A stretch of DNA of 62,993 nucleotides, counting the filler, from Octopus bimaculoides (lineage: Eukaryota), in NCBI RefSeq assembly GCF_001194135.2. It is 5 parts of 5 records of this genome, joined end to end, with 100 filler letters (N's around TTAATTAATTAA, not from the genome) between each part and the next. Parts side by side here need not be neighbours in the genome. Positions count along the whole stretch, not along the records: positions 1 to 27,458 come from NC_068999.1; 4 more parts are not named here. One strand, 5' to 3'. The notes beneath the pieces are model-generated. The model saw nothing but the letters and a program-made list of their open reading frames with translations. It did not search any database and was not told where the DNA came from. Shown here in pieces: positions 12,158 through 23,981 of this stretch (positions are counted from its first letter, which is position 1; each line of letters begins with the position of its first letter). A program made the translations under genes and the position numbers.

Positions 12158-13519
12158 NNNNNNNNNNNNNNNNNNNNNNNNNNNNNNNNNNNNNNNNNNN
12201 NNNNNNNNNNNNNNNNNNNNNNNNNNNNNNNNNNNNNNNNNNNNNNNNNNNNNNNNNNNNNNNNNNNNNNNNNNNNNNNNNNNNNNNNNNNNNNNNNNNN
12301 NNNNNNNNNNNNNNNNNNNNNNNNNNNNNNNNNNNNNNNNNNNNNNNNNNNNNNNNNNNNNNNNNNNNNNNNNNNNNNNNNNNNNNNNNNNNNNNNNNNN
12401 NNATATATATATATATATATATATGCATATATATCAAGAGAGATAGAGAAAGGAAGAGAGAAAGAAAGAGTTCTGCGTCTGTGTGATGGTGTGTGTACCA
12501 AAATATTTCTTTTTATTTAGTTACATCAGACATTGATTATGAAGTGTTTTGCAGACGAGATCTGCCAGAACGATAGGTAAAATATATTTATTTCTATAGT
12601 GTCTAAATATATGTATTAGTATGTCTTACTAAAGCATAACAGTAATAACGGTGAATATAATTCGTTATCTCACATATATAATCTAAGAAATATAGCAGAG
12701 AAAACTAAATAAACAAACAATTGCAGAAAATGTATGAAAAAAATGACCAATGAATTCAAGTAACAGCAAAAACAAAGGCTGAAAAGAAAAAAAAATCTTA
12801 GGAAATATATAATATATCAATATCCTAAATGGAAGAAAATAATATATGTAAGTATAAATAGTGTATAAATACATGTGTGTAAAAGAGAGTGTGTTGTATG
12901 TGTGTGTTGTGTGTGTGGTGTGCATATATGCGGCGTGTATCGTAAATATGTATATGTATACGTACATATATGCAGATATATGTATTTATATANNNNNNNN
13001 NNNNNNNNNNNNNNNNNNNNNNNNNNNNNNNNNNNNNNNNNNNNNNNNNNNNNNNNNNNNNNNNNNNNNNNNNNNNNNNNNNNNNNNNNNNNNNNNNNNN
13101 NNNNNNNNNNNNNNNNNNNNNNNNNNNNNNNNNNNNNNNNNNNNNNNNNNNNNNNNNNNNNNNNNNNNNNNNNNNNNNNNNNNNNNNNNNNNNNNNNNNN
13201 NNNNNNNNNNNNNNNNNNNNNNNNNNNNNNNNNNNNNNNNNNNNNNNNNNNNNNNNNNNNNNNNNNNNNNNNNNNNNNNNNNNNNNNNNNNNNNNNNNNN
13301 NNNNNNNNNNNNNNNNNNNNNNNNNNNNNNNNNNNNNNNNNNNNNNNNNNNNNNNNNNNNNNNNNNNNNNNNNNNNNNNNNNNNNNNNNNNNNNNNNNNN
13401 NNNNNNNNNNNNNNNNNNNNNNNNNNNNNNNNNNNNNNNNNNNNNNNNNNNNNNNNNNNNNNNNNNNNNNNNNNNNNNNNNNNNNNNNNNNNNNNNNNNN
13501 NNNNNNNNNNNNNNNNNNN

Positions 13520-13562
<43 letters not shown>

Positions 13563-14684
13563 CACTCATACATATATGCATACATACATGCAAAAGAGTG
13601 TGTATGCCAGTGTCTGAGCCTTTACTTATCTACATGCGTTCATATTAAGGAATTGTATGTAATATACTAACATTTCACTTCGGAAGAATAAGGTGGACAA
13701 TTGTCGTTGAGAATCCGATCAATGCCAAAATATATGCACGATAATACAAATTAATTTTGTTTATATTTATTCCCTATTCACCTCAGGTACGAGCTATAAC
13801 TACATTGTGTCAGGTCCCATTGAAACTACTCTATAACTTTGCATATATATGTATGTACATATGTAAATGTATGTATGTATGTATAGACGGATGTGGGCGT
13901 GTGTGTGTCTGTGTATGCATTTTAAGAGACGATGGGAGATACATAGAGAAACACGAAGTGAATGAGAAAAAGTATGAATACTTGGTATTTCAGTTTTCAC
14001 TGTGGATAAATTCCAACATTAAGACTCCGTCTGACTCTCCTGAACAGTTCTGATACTGCCAGGAAGTTTTCCAGTTCCTACGGATCAGAATCTATTACAT
14101 GTTAATCATTTTCTTATACATGCAGTCACTATGTAAAACCAGAACAAGTTATAAAACCTTTAAATATATACAAGCTATTTCGATTTCCTGCTTTCAGAAA
14201 CATTCTTGTATTTGTCCAATAGGCACAGATGATTTTTATATCAGTAACCACTTCACGGTGGCAAATAGAATCTCGTCATAATGACTTGGAAAACTTCATA
14301 TATTAAAAATTAAATAATTCTGGAGTTCGTAACGATTACTTTCTTCCTCAATAAATAAATCACGAGGCATGAAGTATCAATATATATGTATCAATGTGTG
14401 TGTTTGTGTATGTGTGTGTGTGTGCGTGTTTATGTGCATATATATGTGTGTCTGTGTGTGGTTGTGGGTGTGTTTCTGCATACAATAAGTTATTTTTATT
14501 TCTCCAAAGGTAAAATGTGCAACCCATATTCGATGAGGTGTTATAATTCGAAAATAAATTAATATGGTCGATCAATTGTCTCTGTATTTAATTTCTGTTT
14601 CAAAATTCTTATATATATACATATATTTGGTGGCTGTCTACTCCTTATGCAGAGGCTGATTACCTCTTGTACTTACATCCGAAG

Positions 14685-15027
14685 TCAATCATGTCGTTTG
14701 ATGTGGCTTTTAAAATAAATCAATGTATTGAAAAGACACCCACATATATTGCATATCCGATTTGAACCACCAAGAGCTGCAGTAAGGTTCTGATATTTGT
14801 GGATCTTAAAATGTCTTCTGAGGCCACCGTTAAATTTGCAAGCCTTATGGGACACACGATATTGAAAGCTGTGTCCAGAGTAATTGGTGGAGATTTGTCT
14901 TTCATGAGTCTGCAACTGAGATTTTAACCAAGCAAAAGAAAGCCATGATCTGGGACAAATTATGCATGTAAAATTGTCACTGAGACTTACCTTCTTGATC
15001 GCAATATTCTTTTTAAATCCATCTTGA

Positions 15028-15029
<2 letters not shown>
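14685..15029 (-). mobile_element. Isolated RTE-LINE 3' tail: 114-codon open frame with three C2H2-type fingers
   Basis: TQDGFKKNIAIKKVSLSDNFT-CIICPRSWLSFAWLKSQLQTH-ERQISTNYSGHSFQ-YRVSHKACKFNGGLRRHFKIH-KYQNLTAALGGSNRI-CNICGCLFNTLIYFKSHIKRH-D*. Finger 3 is a perfect C-x2-C-x12-H-x3-H; fingers 1 and 2 have lost ligands. Same architecture as the RTE tail at 56333-56700. Confidence 0.7.
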
Positions 15030-15071
<42 letters not shown>

Positions 15072-15254
15072 NNNNNNNNNNNNNNNNNNNNNNNNNNNNN
15101 NNNNNNNNNNNNNNNNNNNNNNNNNNNNNNNNNNNNNNNNNNNNNNNNNNNNNNNNNNNNNNNNNNNNNNNNNNNNNNNNNNNNNNNNNNNNNNNNNNNN
15201 NNNNNNNNNNNNNNNNNNNNNNNNNNNNNNNNNNNNNNNNNNNNNNNNNNNNNN

Positions 15255-15292
<38 letters not shown>

Positions 15293-16092
15293 GAGAAAGT
15301 GAAAGAGTAAGGACAAATATCCTTCAAAGGGATGTTAAACATTCAACTCTGGAGGTTCAATCCTAAGCAAAGAATGTACAAAAATCTATATATTCAATAT
15401 TATTAAAATATATAAAGTATAATAAGGAAAGAAATAATAGAAGTGTAGTTTATTTTTTTCATTAACTTATCTGTAGGTTGATTGTCTATTTTCTTTTTTG
15501 TTTTGTATTCACGGTAATTGCAAATGGGTTTAACAAGTATTTATATATTGTGAAATTTCATTTGAATTAACGCTGAAGTGGATTTATATACTTTTCTGTT
15601 TTGGGTCGGTCTGGGGTTCGGTTCATTTCTTTCCATCATAGTTTAATTGTTTGCTCCTTTCTGGGTTATTGTAAAGGTTTCGACATAACTGATTACCTAA
15701 GGTAATCACCTTCATTGTACCCCACGACCTCAATATAGCTCCGAAACCTTGTGCCTCCTTTCCTCACAGTGTAGCTAGGAAGATCTTCGAACATCGCCTT
15801 GATATTGGCCACCAACTCGGCCTATATAGTAGTCAGGTTTGTTAACATCCGTTCCAACTACACCACTCACTTAGTAATCCATGACATTACAATCGGAGTA
15901 CTTAGAGGCCACAGTGGGAGCGCTGACATCCTCTTTTGACGTTTTCTGCAGGTAGAGTAAGGTGCCGAAACCTGCCGCCCTAGATATGGCCTTCAAGAAG
16001 CAAATCTGCTTTGCTAGGGTTTGAGCAGAGCCTCCAAAAGCTTTATATTGTCATCTGAATTGAGCCTGAGATCTAGTTATAGTTTTTAGAGC

Positions 16093-16164
16093 AGCGTGAC
16101 GTCACGCTTACTGGATAGAGACCATTTCACATTTGAGACTTTCACATTTGATTTTCACATTTGA
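16093..16164. promoter_or_regulatory. 16-bp perfect palindrome centred on a full CRE, plus 3x TTTCACATTTGA
   Basis: AGCGTGACGTCACGCT at 16093-16108 contains TGACGTCA. TTTCACATTTGA at 16125, 16140 and 16153, each containing the E-box CATTTG. Function is inferred only. Confidence 0.4.
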
Positions 16165-16559
16165 GGCGAAATTGATTTATCATGAGGCGTGGGACACGTG
16201 CGTACCACATCAAACAGCCTTCATAGTGTTTACAGTGCATTGGTCAGTACTCATGATCATGGCATTTTGATACCCGGTCGAAGTCATCAGAATACAAGTA
16301 CATTTGTATCAATATTCAGATGGCCTCCATTCCCTCACGTCAGCGAACTTTTTCTCAACTCCAACTTCAATCTTTATGCTCCCCAATGGCACTGATTGCT
16401 CACCAATACATCAAATCATTGCCTGGAAAATGGAGACACGGGAATCGTCAAATTTAGCATGTATCTATAAATATACTAGGTCTTTTCTTTCTCTTTATAA
16501 TTTAGAGTAAATTTTGACTGTCCACCGACTTAGTAGCAAGGGTGTGAATATAAGTATTT

Positions 16560-17315
16560 CATTTAGCCATCATCCTCTAAATTTAAAAAGGTATTGCGAT
16601 TTTTTATAGTCCCAGATATAGTGATCGTTTGTAACTAATTTGCATTCTCCCCGAAAGATTCCAACTTCAGCCACACTTAGCTCCAGACGGATGGGTATAT
16701 ATTCTGTTGCTCCTATAATAATGGGTATGAAACTGAAACTGTATCTCGGGTACTGGAATTGCAAACTCCTTATCAATGGTCTATCGATGTCCTGTTTCTC
16801 TTCTATTTTTCTAACCCCATTCATGTCCAGGGGCAGCTGATATCCACAAGAGAACATATCTTTTCCTTGTCGTCCCACTCAACTATATCTGAGTGGTTGT
16901 ATTTTAACTTGGTGTTTGTTTTAATTTTCAAGCTTCACCAGTATTATTTTGACTCTTTGGTCTCGATATACTTCAGGTTGTAGGTATTCATTTTTACCTC
17001 CGTTATCTTATTCCATACCGCTCTAACCACTGTATCGTGACTCATGGGAGGATAATATCTGGAAGACATTCTCTTACAGATGGTAATAATGTGGTTGATG
17101 TCTACAGGCTTGGTCATGCACAGCCTACATTTGTTGTCTGTCAACGTTTTCTGCCCCTTATGCTGTAGGAACTTGATAGAGATCTCTTGTTCGTGAATTG
17201 CATAGAAGCAGCTTTCAGTGTAGGATGTCGCAAACTTGTCGATACTCCATGCCAAGCTCTTGACATGATCAATCGCTTTTATGGTTCGTGCTTTTCATGC
17301 CAAGTACCCATGTAC
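16560..17315 (-). mobile_element. R4/Dong-like (RLE-clade) LINE fossil, copy A
   Basis: WHEKH...AIHEQEIS...CRLCMTKPVDINHIITIC (CCHC knuckle), MSHDTVVRAVWN (RHD-like), then REL-endonuclease-like (SC)PLDMNGVRKIEEK...FIPIIIGAT. Frameshifted. Confidence 0.85.
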
Positions 17316-17339
17316 TATCTTCTTAGTGAACTGGTCCAT

Positions 17340-17640
17340 TCTTTTATTTTGTTCTTATTGGTGTCTAGCGGACAGCTGATTTCCACGACAGAACATTCTC
17401 TGACAGTTGCCAATAATTTGCTCTGATGTCTTTAGTCTTGGTCTGCGCAGCCTACATTTGTTGTATGTCAACGTTTTCTGCGTTTTGTGTCGTAGGTAGT
17501 TGGAGGAGATCTCTTGAAATTGCATGGATATAGCCCTCAAAGTGGGATCTCATAAACTTGTCGAAACTCCACGACAGGTTGTTGACATGAACAATTTCTT
17601 TTATAGTTTTATGCTTTTCGTGCCACCTACACACGTACAA
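17340..17640 (-). mobile_element. R4/Dong-like LINE fossil, copy B (tandem, internally deleted)
   Basis: YVCRWHEKHKTIKE...SWSFDKFMRSHFEGYIHAI...QEISSNYLRHKTQKTLTYNKCRL, fused directly to SVVEISCPLDTN. Homologous to 17040-17315 and 16820-16870. Confidence 0.8.
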
Positions 17641-18451
17641 ACGTCTCAGTAAAGCGGTTCTATTTTTGTTCTGTTGTTCTCATAAATAGATTTTACCAAT
17701 GATCTTTTGGGAGAAACCTGTATCGTCTCCTATTTCACACTTCTCCTCAAGTTCATTAGCTTTGTATGTATGCACGTATGTATGTATGTATGTACCCTAC
17801 AAACTGTAAGGTTGTTATTTATGTTGACTTCCAACGTGACATGTTTCACCTGAGGGTTGAACAAATGCAGCAACCGTCAACGAGAAATGATCATTAGGAA
17901 ACTTCTGAAATTCACTTTTATTCTAGTTTCTGTGTCTCATACTTAACCTGTTTCTTTTAATGCGTTGTAATAAGGAATTCATCTGGAGTATGTATGCATA
18001 TAAATATGTATAAATGTATGCGCGTATGAGCAAACCCACATACACGCACACAAACACGCACACGCTCACACACACACGTGCAAATATGCATACGCTCATG
18101 AATGTATATGTGTGCGTTTGTGTATGTCTGACCATGTCTGTGTGTCTGTGTCTGTGTGTATGTGTCTGTGTGTCTGTGTCTGTGTGTCTGTGTCTGTGTG
18201 TCTGTGTCTGTGTTTGTGTGTGTGTTGTTTGTGTATACATGAATGGATATATACGTAAATCCTGCTTGTCGCTGCCTTGACTTTACTACTAAATACATGA
18301 GGAGTGTAGGTAGTCTAGGAAACCAAATTCTTGATGAAAACTTAATACTTCCGCAGTACAAAGACGTCATTGAGGATTTAATTCTAAGGATTTCATAAAT
18401 TCAAAGAACAATAGATATTAAGCTCGTTGGGGAGAAGTCAGCATCATTGTC

Positions 18452-19122
18452 ATGGATGCAATTCTCCCTTCAAAAGAAATCGAAGAAAAGACAGTTCACG
18501 AAAATTACCGAGAGATTTCAAGTGGTAAGTCAAACAATTAAAAGGAATTTCATCCCATGCGTTAAAAATAACAGCAACAGCACTGTGAAGATCTGTGGTA
18601 ATGTAGTAGGCACAATAAACAAATTAGACATTTGGCGTATGCCATATATTTAGTTACAACATGGCAATTACTATCTACATCGACGTGTTGACTCATTGCA
18701 CTTCTGGTATGGCAACTGCTGTTCTTTTTATATGACGTGCCCAAGTCGAAATTTTGATATGCTGTAGTAAATGCGTATGAAGAACATTCAGTGTTTGCCA
18801 AAGCATCAGCTATGTCAACCGGTATAGTAAGACCACAAAGTTCCACCTATGAAAGTTATTGGTAATCAAAGAATATACCTCACTAAGAAAGGAATATTAA
18901 TAAGTATATTACTTCGACCCGGGGATGAGAAAAAAAGTTACGATAACAAAATATAAAGATTGCCAGAAAGGGAAACCAGGAAGTTATAGGGTAAACCAAA
19001 ATGTACTTGAGGTAATAGGAGAGTGTTGGAATAATCCGCTGCAGCCTCAAATATTTGGAAAATCCAGCAAGAAGCGAACAACAACCAGCACCATGGGGCA
19101 ACAGATCTCGTACGAAATATGA
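18452..19122 (+). CDS. Weak 2-exon orphan model (18452-18524, 18905-19122)
   Basis: MDAILPSKEIEEKTVHENYREISS ends at a perfect donor G|GTAAGT (phase 1) and joins VYYFDPGMRKKVTITKYKDCQKGKPGSYRV...ISYEI*. The acceptor (attaataag) is poor and the model overlaps antisense ORFs. Confidence 0.15.
18562..18846 (-). CDS. Candidate exon/ORF, Cys-containing, unknown
   Basis: Acceptor actttcatag| in phase 0: VELCGLTIPVDIADALANTECSSYAFTTAYQNFDLGTSYKKNSSCHTRSAMSQHVDVD... 94 codons open in AT-rich DNA. No family recognised. Confidence 0.2.
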   Translation of the reverse strand: MELCGLTIPVDIADALANTECSSYAFTTAYQNFDLGTSYKKNSSCHTRSAMSQHVDVDSNCHVVTKYMAYAKCLICLLCLLHYHRSSQCCCCYF

Positions 19123-20111
19123 ATAAATGTAGACTGTTAAGCCCGTAAGTCTACAAGTGTTACATAGTAAAACGAAGAAGCAATATGATGCGTGGGGATA
19201 ACACATTTCATTTATAGAAACCTGTAAAAGAAATTGTTAAAAGAAATTTAACTCTGACTAAAACGATCTATAATAAACCATTTTATCCGTAATTATCTTT
19301 CCTTATTGTATAACAACATTGGCACCTTTCATTTCTTAAGAAGTTAATGTGTGATTATATGTGAAATTTGCTTCTCTTTTAAGGAGAATAAATAATGTAT
19401 GAGAAACTGACTTACAAATCAGTCATTGCTATTTATTCCTAATTGAGACTTAATCATAAAACCTTACTATGAAATGTATTACACTTACGGACATCTATTG
19501 TTATCAAGACATTGCATACAACAAAATTTATGCTTTAACAAAAGAAAAAGATATATATTTGAAGTCCAGTTTCCGGTAAATATTGCTCTTATTTCTAGCA
19601 GATCTAGCGTATACTAGGCGTCTTTATTAATGGCAACAAGCAATTATAAATACAAGAAAGAAACTGCAACTCAAAGGTAATAATCCATAAATATGTAGAA
19701 TATGGCATTGTTGTACTCATGGCAATTGCATTGTTCCATGAGCAATTTATAGAAATATTTTAATTATTCCAAGTTTAACAATAGGTGATACAATGGGCGA
19801 TATTGTAGTTCATGGCCTCCCATAGAGAATATTTCAACAAAATTGTAAAATTCACACAGTATAGAGATTATGATTGGCCATTGTTACTCCTATTGTATTT
19901 TTTAACATATACTTCAAAAATCTATTATGCGCACCATCTTTGGCAGACACCGAGGAGCTGAACTGAGGAACTCACTTGCTGTATCTATTGTATGTATATA
20001 ATTTCCGTCATTCACTATTTCCTTTAGCACATACATGAAATACCGAATCGGAATTGTCAAAGAATTACGTTATCACTACTACTACTAATCGCATATCAGA
20101 TACCGAAGTAT

Positions 20112-20185
<74 letters not shown>

Positions 20186-20246
20186 GTATATATATATATA
20201 TGTATATATATGTATATATATATACCTTGTTGTATCACTCTTATGA

Positions 20247-20280
<34 letters not shown>

Positions 20281-20497
20281 AATTCGTGAGATTGTCCTAC
20301 ATATTATAATCCAAAATCTCATCAATCAAATGCAAAGGATATGACATAAGTATGGGAGACATGATGCAGGACCTTTCAGAGAATAGTATGGAATACAAGA
20401 ATTATGAAGCTTCCATTCTGTAGTTTTCAGTCCTGATTGACTGTATTTGAAGTATTAGAAAGACACGCACAAATACACAAACATATTCATACATATA

Positions 20498-20591
<94 letters not shown>

Positions 20592-21341
20592 TTTACTATT
20601 CGGTATTTGTGTTATGAACAAAAAGTATATTACATCCAGTGTCAAATATATATCGTTTACTAAACAGATTTTAGACGCGAGCTATTCTTAATTTCATGCT
20701 CTTTAAACACAATAAACTGACAAGGTTATAGAGTATGCCTTGTAATTCCAAACAATTTGTTTTTAGATTCGGAAATACACCATATCTGATCATTTTAAAG
20801 CAAAAACAAAACAGCTAATATACTGGAATAAGAAAACAGAATAAAAGAGAAAGAGAAAAGCTTATTAAGTCAAGTCCTTATGTCTCTTCGAATCAGAATT
20901 GATATGGTTAGTGTAAATTAATTCAACGTAAAGAATAGCAGTGTCTGTGAGACTGCATACCTGACCCGGAAGACGTGGTTTCCTCCAGTTCAACAAAAGA
21001 AATCTGCCCATATGCTTATATTTAAGCAATATTTCACATCTAATTTAGTAGGTCCGTAGATATTTTAGATCTAAAACGTTTATAAGATCTTTGGAGTAAG
21101 TGTAACCTGCATTTTGTTGATGCATCATTTTATGTCTTGGATCTCGTCTCGAAACTCCACGTGATGGTGTGTGGTTTATATCTGGCATTCAATTCTCATC
21201 CATGCCTAGATAAAATCATGCAGCGTTCTCTTCTTCCACATGTCGTAGAGAATACTCGTTTGCGTAAACATTTTTAAAAATTAACATCGTATACTCCAAA
21301 GTAATTTTCTTTTTTTTAATTTTGGTGGCGGTGTCTCTTAC

Positions 21342-21473
21342 TTTGTAACACTGCTGTAACTTCTGTTTCATTAGCAACAGAGTTCATCTTGCATGCCTTG
21401 TCATGTGGGCACGTTTCATGATATCGACAGTTAAAATTTGGTATGAAAACTGGAACTGGGCGCTTGGTATGAC
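21342..21473 (-). CDS. Candidate phase 1-1 exon of a secreted or extracellular protein
   Basis: Acceptor ttatttgcag|G and donor CAAA|GTAAGA. 132 nt, only the phase-1 frame is open: HTKRPVPVFIPNFNCRYHETCPHDKACKMNSVANETEVTAVLQ (3 Cys, N-E-T sequon). Confidence 0.45.
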
Positions 21474-22608
21474 CTGCAAATAACTGGAGCAGCAACAGCA
21501 GCATGTAACATTTAAAACTTTAAATATTTCAATATTTGATAAGGAAATGCTTATATATTAATGCCATCAATGTTCTACCTACGTTACTCTTGATATTCAA
21601 AGACAAAGGCGGACAGCGAACCATATTATCTTCCAGAGTTTAGCTTTGGGTCTCATATTTTCAGTTATAGGCTTTTAAGATACCTTTTATTTGAATCTGC
21701 TCTTAGCCTTAGCATTATTATAGTAATGATAATCGAATTTCATTCCTTCAAAAAAGAAGTGTTTTATATTTTAATCTGAAAGTTGGCTTGGTAACAGAAT
21801 GCATGATTTGAATTACTTTTAGAGGGCTGGATGAGCGAATGTTTATCATATAGTAACAATAAACTTAACAGTAGTATCAGAAGTATTTTCATTTAAAATA
21901 CCATATGTTAAAATCATAATATCATTATCAAACACATATTCATACGACTAATTTGAAGAAATCATTTTAAATCAATGTTATATTTGAAAACGAAATTTAA
22001 GGTCGTTAATTTCATAATTGAATAATTATAAACATTAAAATTATTAGAGTAATGAAGGCATTAATATTGCTATAACAATTTATATATATATAAACCTAGA
22101 ATGGGTCCATAAGATACTAACTGCCGATTTTATCTATGACGTAACATGAAATTCCATTGAAATGATTACCATACTTGCGATAATGCCGCCGACTAACTCT
22201 ATCACCATAACATTTTGTCGTGGTTTCTTAAGCCAAAACATTATTAATGACATCCTAACTTAATAACTGTTAATGCCGTTTGTGACTAAGCAATAGAATT
22301 TATGATTATATACGGGTATTAACTTAGTGTTAAATGGAAGTATAATACTAATGAATTATAACGAAATAGAGATATACACTCAAAGTATCGATACAGCTAC
22401 TTATTAATATGTTTGAGACTAGAACTAAACGTAAACCTTGACTCCTGAAATACTTCCAAAATAAACAATATAAACGATATAAACATTATAGATGATTTAT
22501 GAAATATATAAGTATTTGACAGAGGCTTGAAATATCTGTCAAATATTAAATATTAGAAATATACATAGTTATAAAATAATATTATATTGAGAATTAAGAC
22601 GACGAATT

Positions 22609-22860
22609 GGTAAAGACGTTAGCACGGCGAGTAAAATGTCTAGCGGCGAGTAAAATGTCTAGTGGAAGGTAAAGTCTAGCTGTAGGTAAAATGTTTCTTC
22701 CGAATTTACATCCTGAGTTCAAATTCAGCCGAGGTCGAAATTGCTTGTCATTATTTTGAAGATGAGAAAATAATTATCAGTTGCGTACTGGAATCGAAGT
22801 AATCAACTAGACCTCTGCTTTAATATTTCAAGCCTTGTGTCTATATTAGAGAGAATAAAA
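22609..22860 (+). mobile_element. SINE family C, degenerate, with internal 19-bp tandem duplications
   Basis: gttagcac...ctgagttcaaattcagccgaggtcga matches the other family C copies. CGGCGAGTAAAATGTCTAG x2 (22625-22662) plus two decayed units. Confidence 0.65.
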
Positions 22861-23901
22861 TATTATATAGGTAATTTTCCGAGTTACGGATGCGTATGGT
22901 AAAGAGAATATTAGAAATGTGTGTCTATATCATGAACTAGAAATCGAATGCATTATTGCTTAACTGATATTACAAAGATAATGTCAATTTAATATGAACG
23001 TGTGCTTTAATAGAGATGCATTCTCGTTTGAAGCAATGTATGTTAAACATCTGTTCGAGAGCACTAATAGTGTTCTTGTTCTGAAACAACTCAAATATCT
23101 AGCAATATCATGAATGAATATAAGCCTAACATCACTTTACACGAAATGGTTCTAAACTGTAATGGGTAACCTTTTAATACAAAGTAACATTCTCTGTCCT
23201 CCCATAATTCGTACGAGTTGAATAAATATATATGAATGAAAGTCATTTGTCTATGACGATAATGATATTGATTTGGGGAATGTTCTAAGTTAAAATCTAC
23301 TTTATTAAGTCTGATATCTTAGTTTGTGATAATTATATTTTGTGATATTAAATGATTTAATCAAAAAATCATAAAATCTATGGCTTCCCACTTCAAATTC
23401 GTTACCGTATTAATTGAATATGACAACATTTAAGTAAGATGTATCCAAAACTTAGCCTTAAATGATGATTCAAGAAAATATGAACATCACGTACATTTTG
23501 ATATATATATATNNNNNNNNNNNNNNNNNNNNNNNNNNNNNNNNNNNNNNNNNNNNNNNNNNNNNNNNNNNNNNNNNNNNNNNNNNNNNNNNNNNNNNNN
23601 NNNNNNNNNNNNNNNNNNNNNNNNNNNNNNNNNNNNNNNNNNNNNNNNNNNNNNNNNNNNNNNNNNNNNNNNNNNNNNNNNNNNNNNNNNNNNNNNNNNN
23701 NNNNNNNNNNNNNNNNNNNNNNNNTATATATATATATATATATATTTGTCAATAACTGTAACTACGGACAGGCATGTTGAAGAGGCGATAAACTTCACTT
23801 CTCAGTTTAGTTATTGCTTTCATCTCTTATGGAGATTTACTAATTAGCTGATTTGCTTGTTGTCACTTATTTTCTACATATTCCGAGCTGGAGCGAATTA
23901 C

Positions 23902-23981
23902 TACTGTCTCTAGCAGACGAGTATCCAACACTGAGGATTAGCACAAACAGTTTGAATTCGTACTGTCTGGTGGTCCCGACG
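23902..23981 (-). CDS. Candidate exon with a signal-peptide or TM-like segment (phase 2-1)
   Basis: Acceptor tcatttttcag| and donor AGTA|GTAATT: VGTTRQYEFKLFVLILSVGYSSARDS. Phase-compatible with 21342-21473. Confidence 0.25.

Noticed and set aside
14991-15029. 39-nt host micro-exon TQDGFKKNIAIKK
   Set aside because: The frame continues through the supposed intron into a zinc-finger unit, so it is part of the LINE tail.
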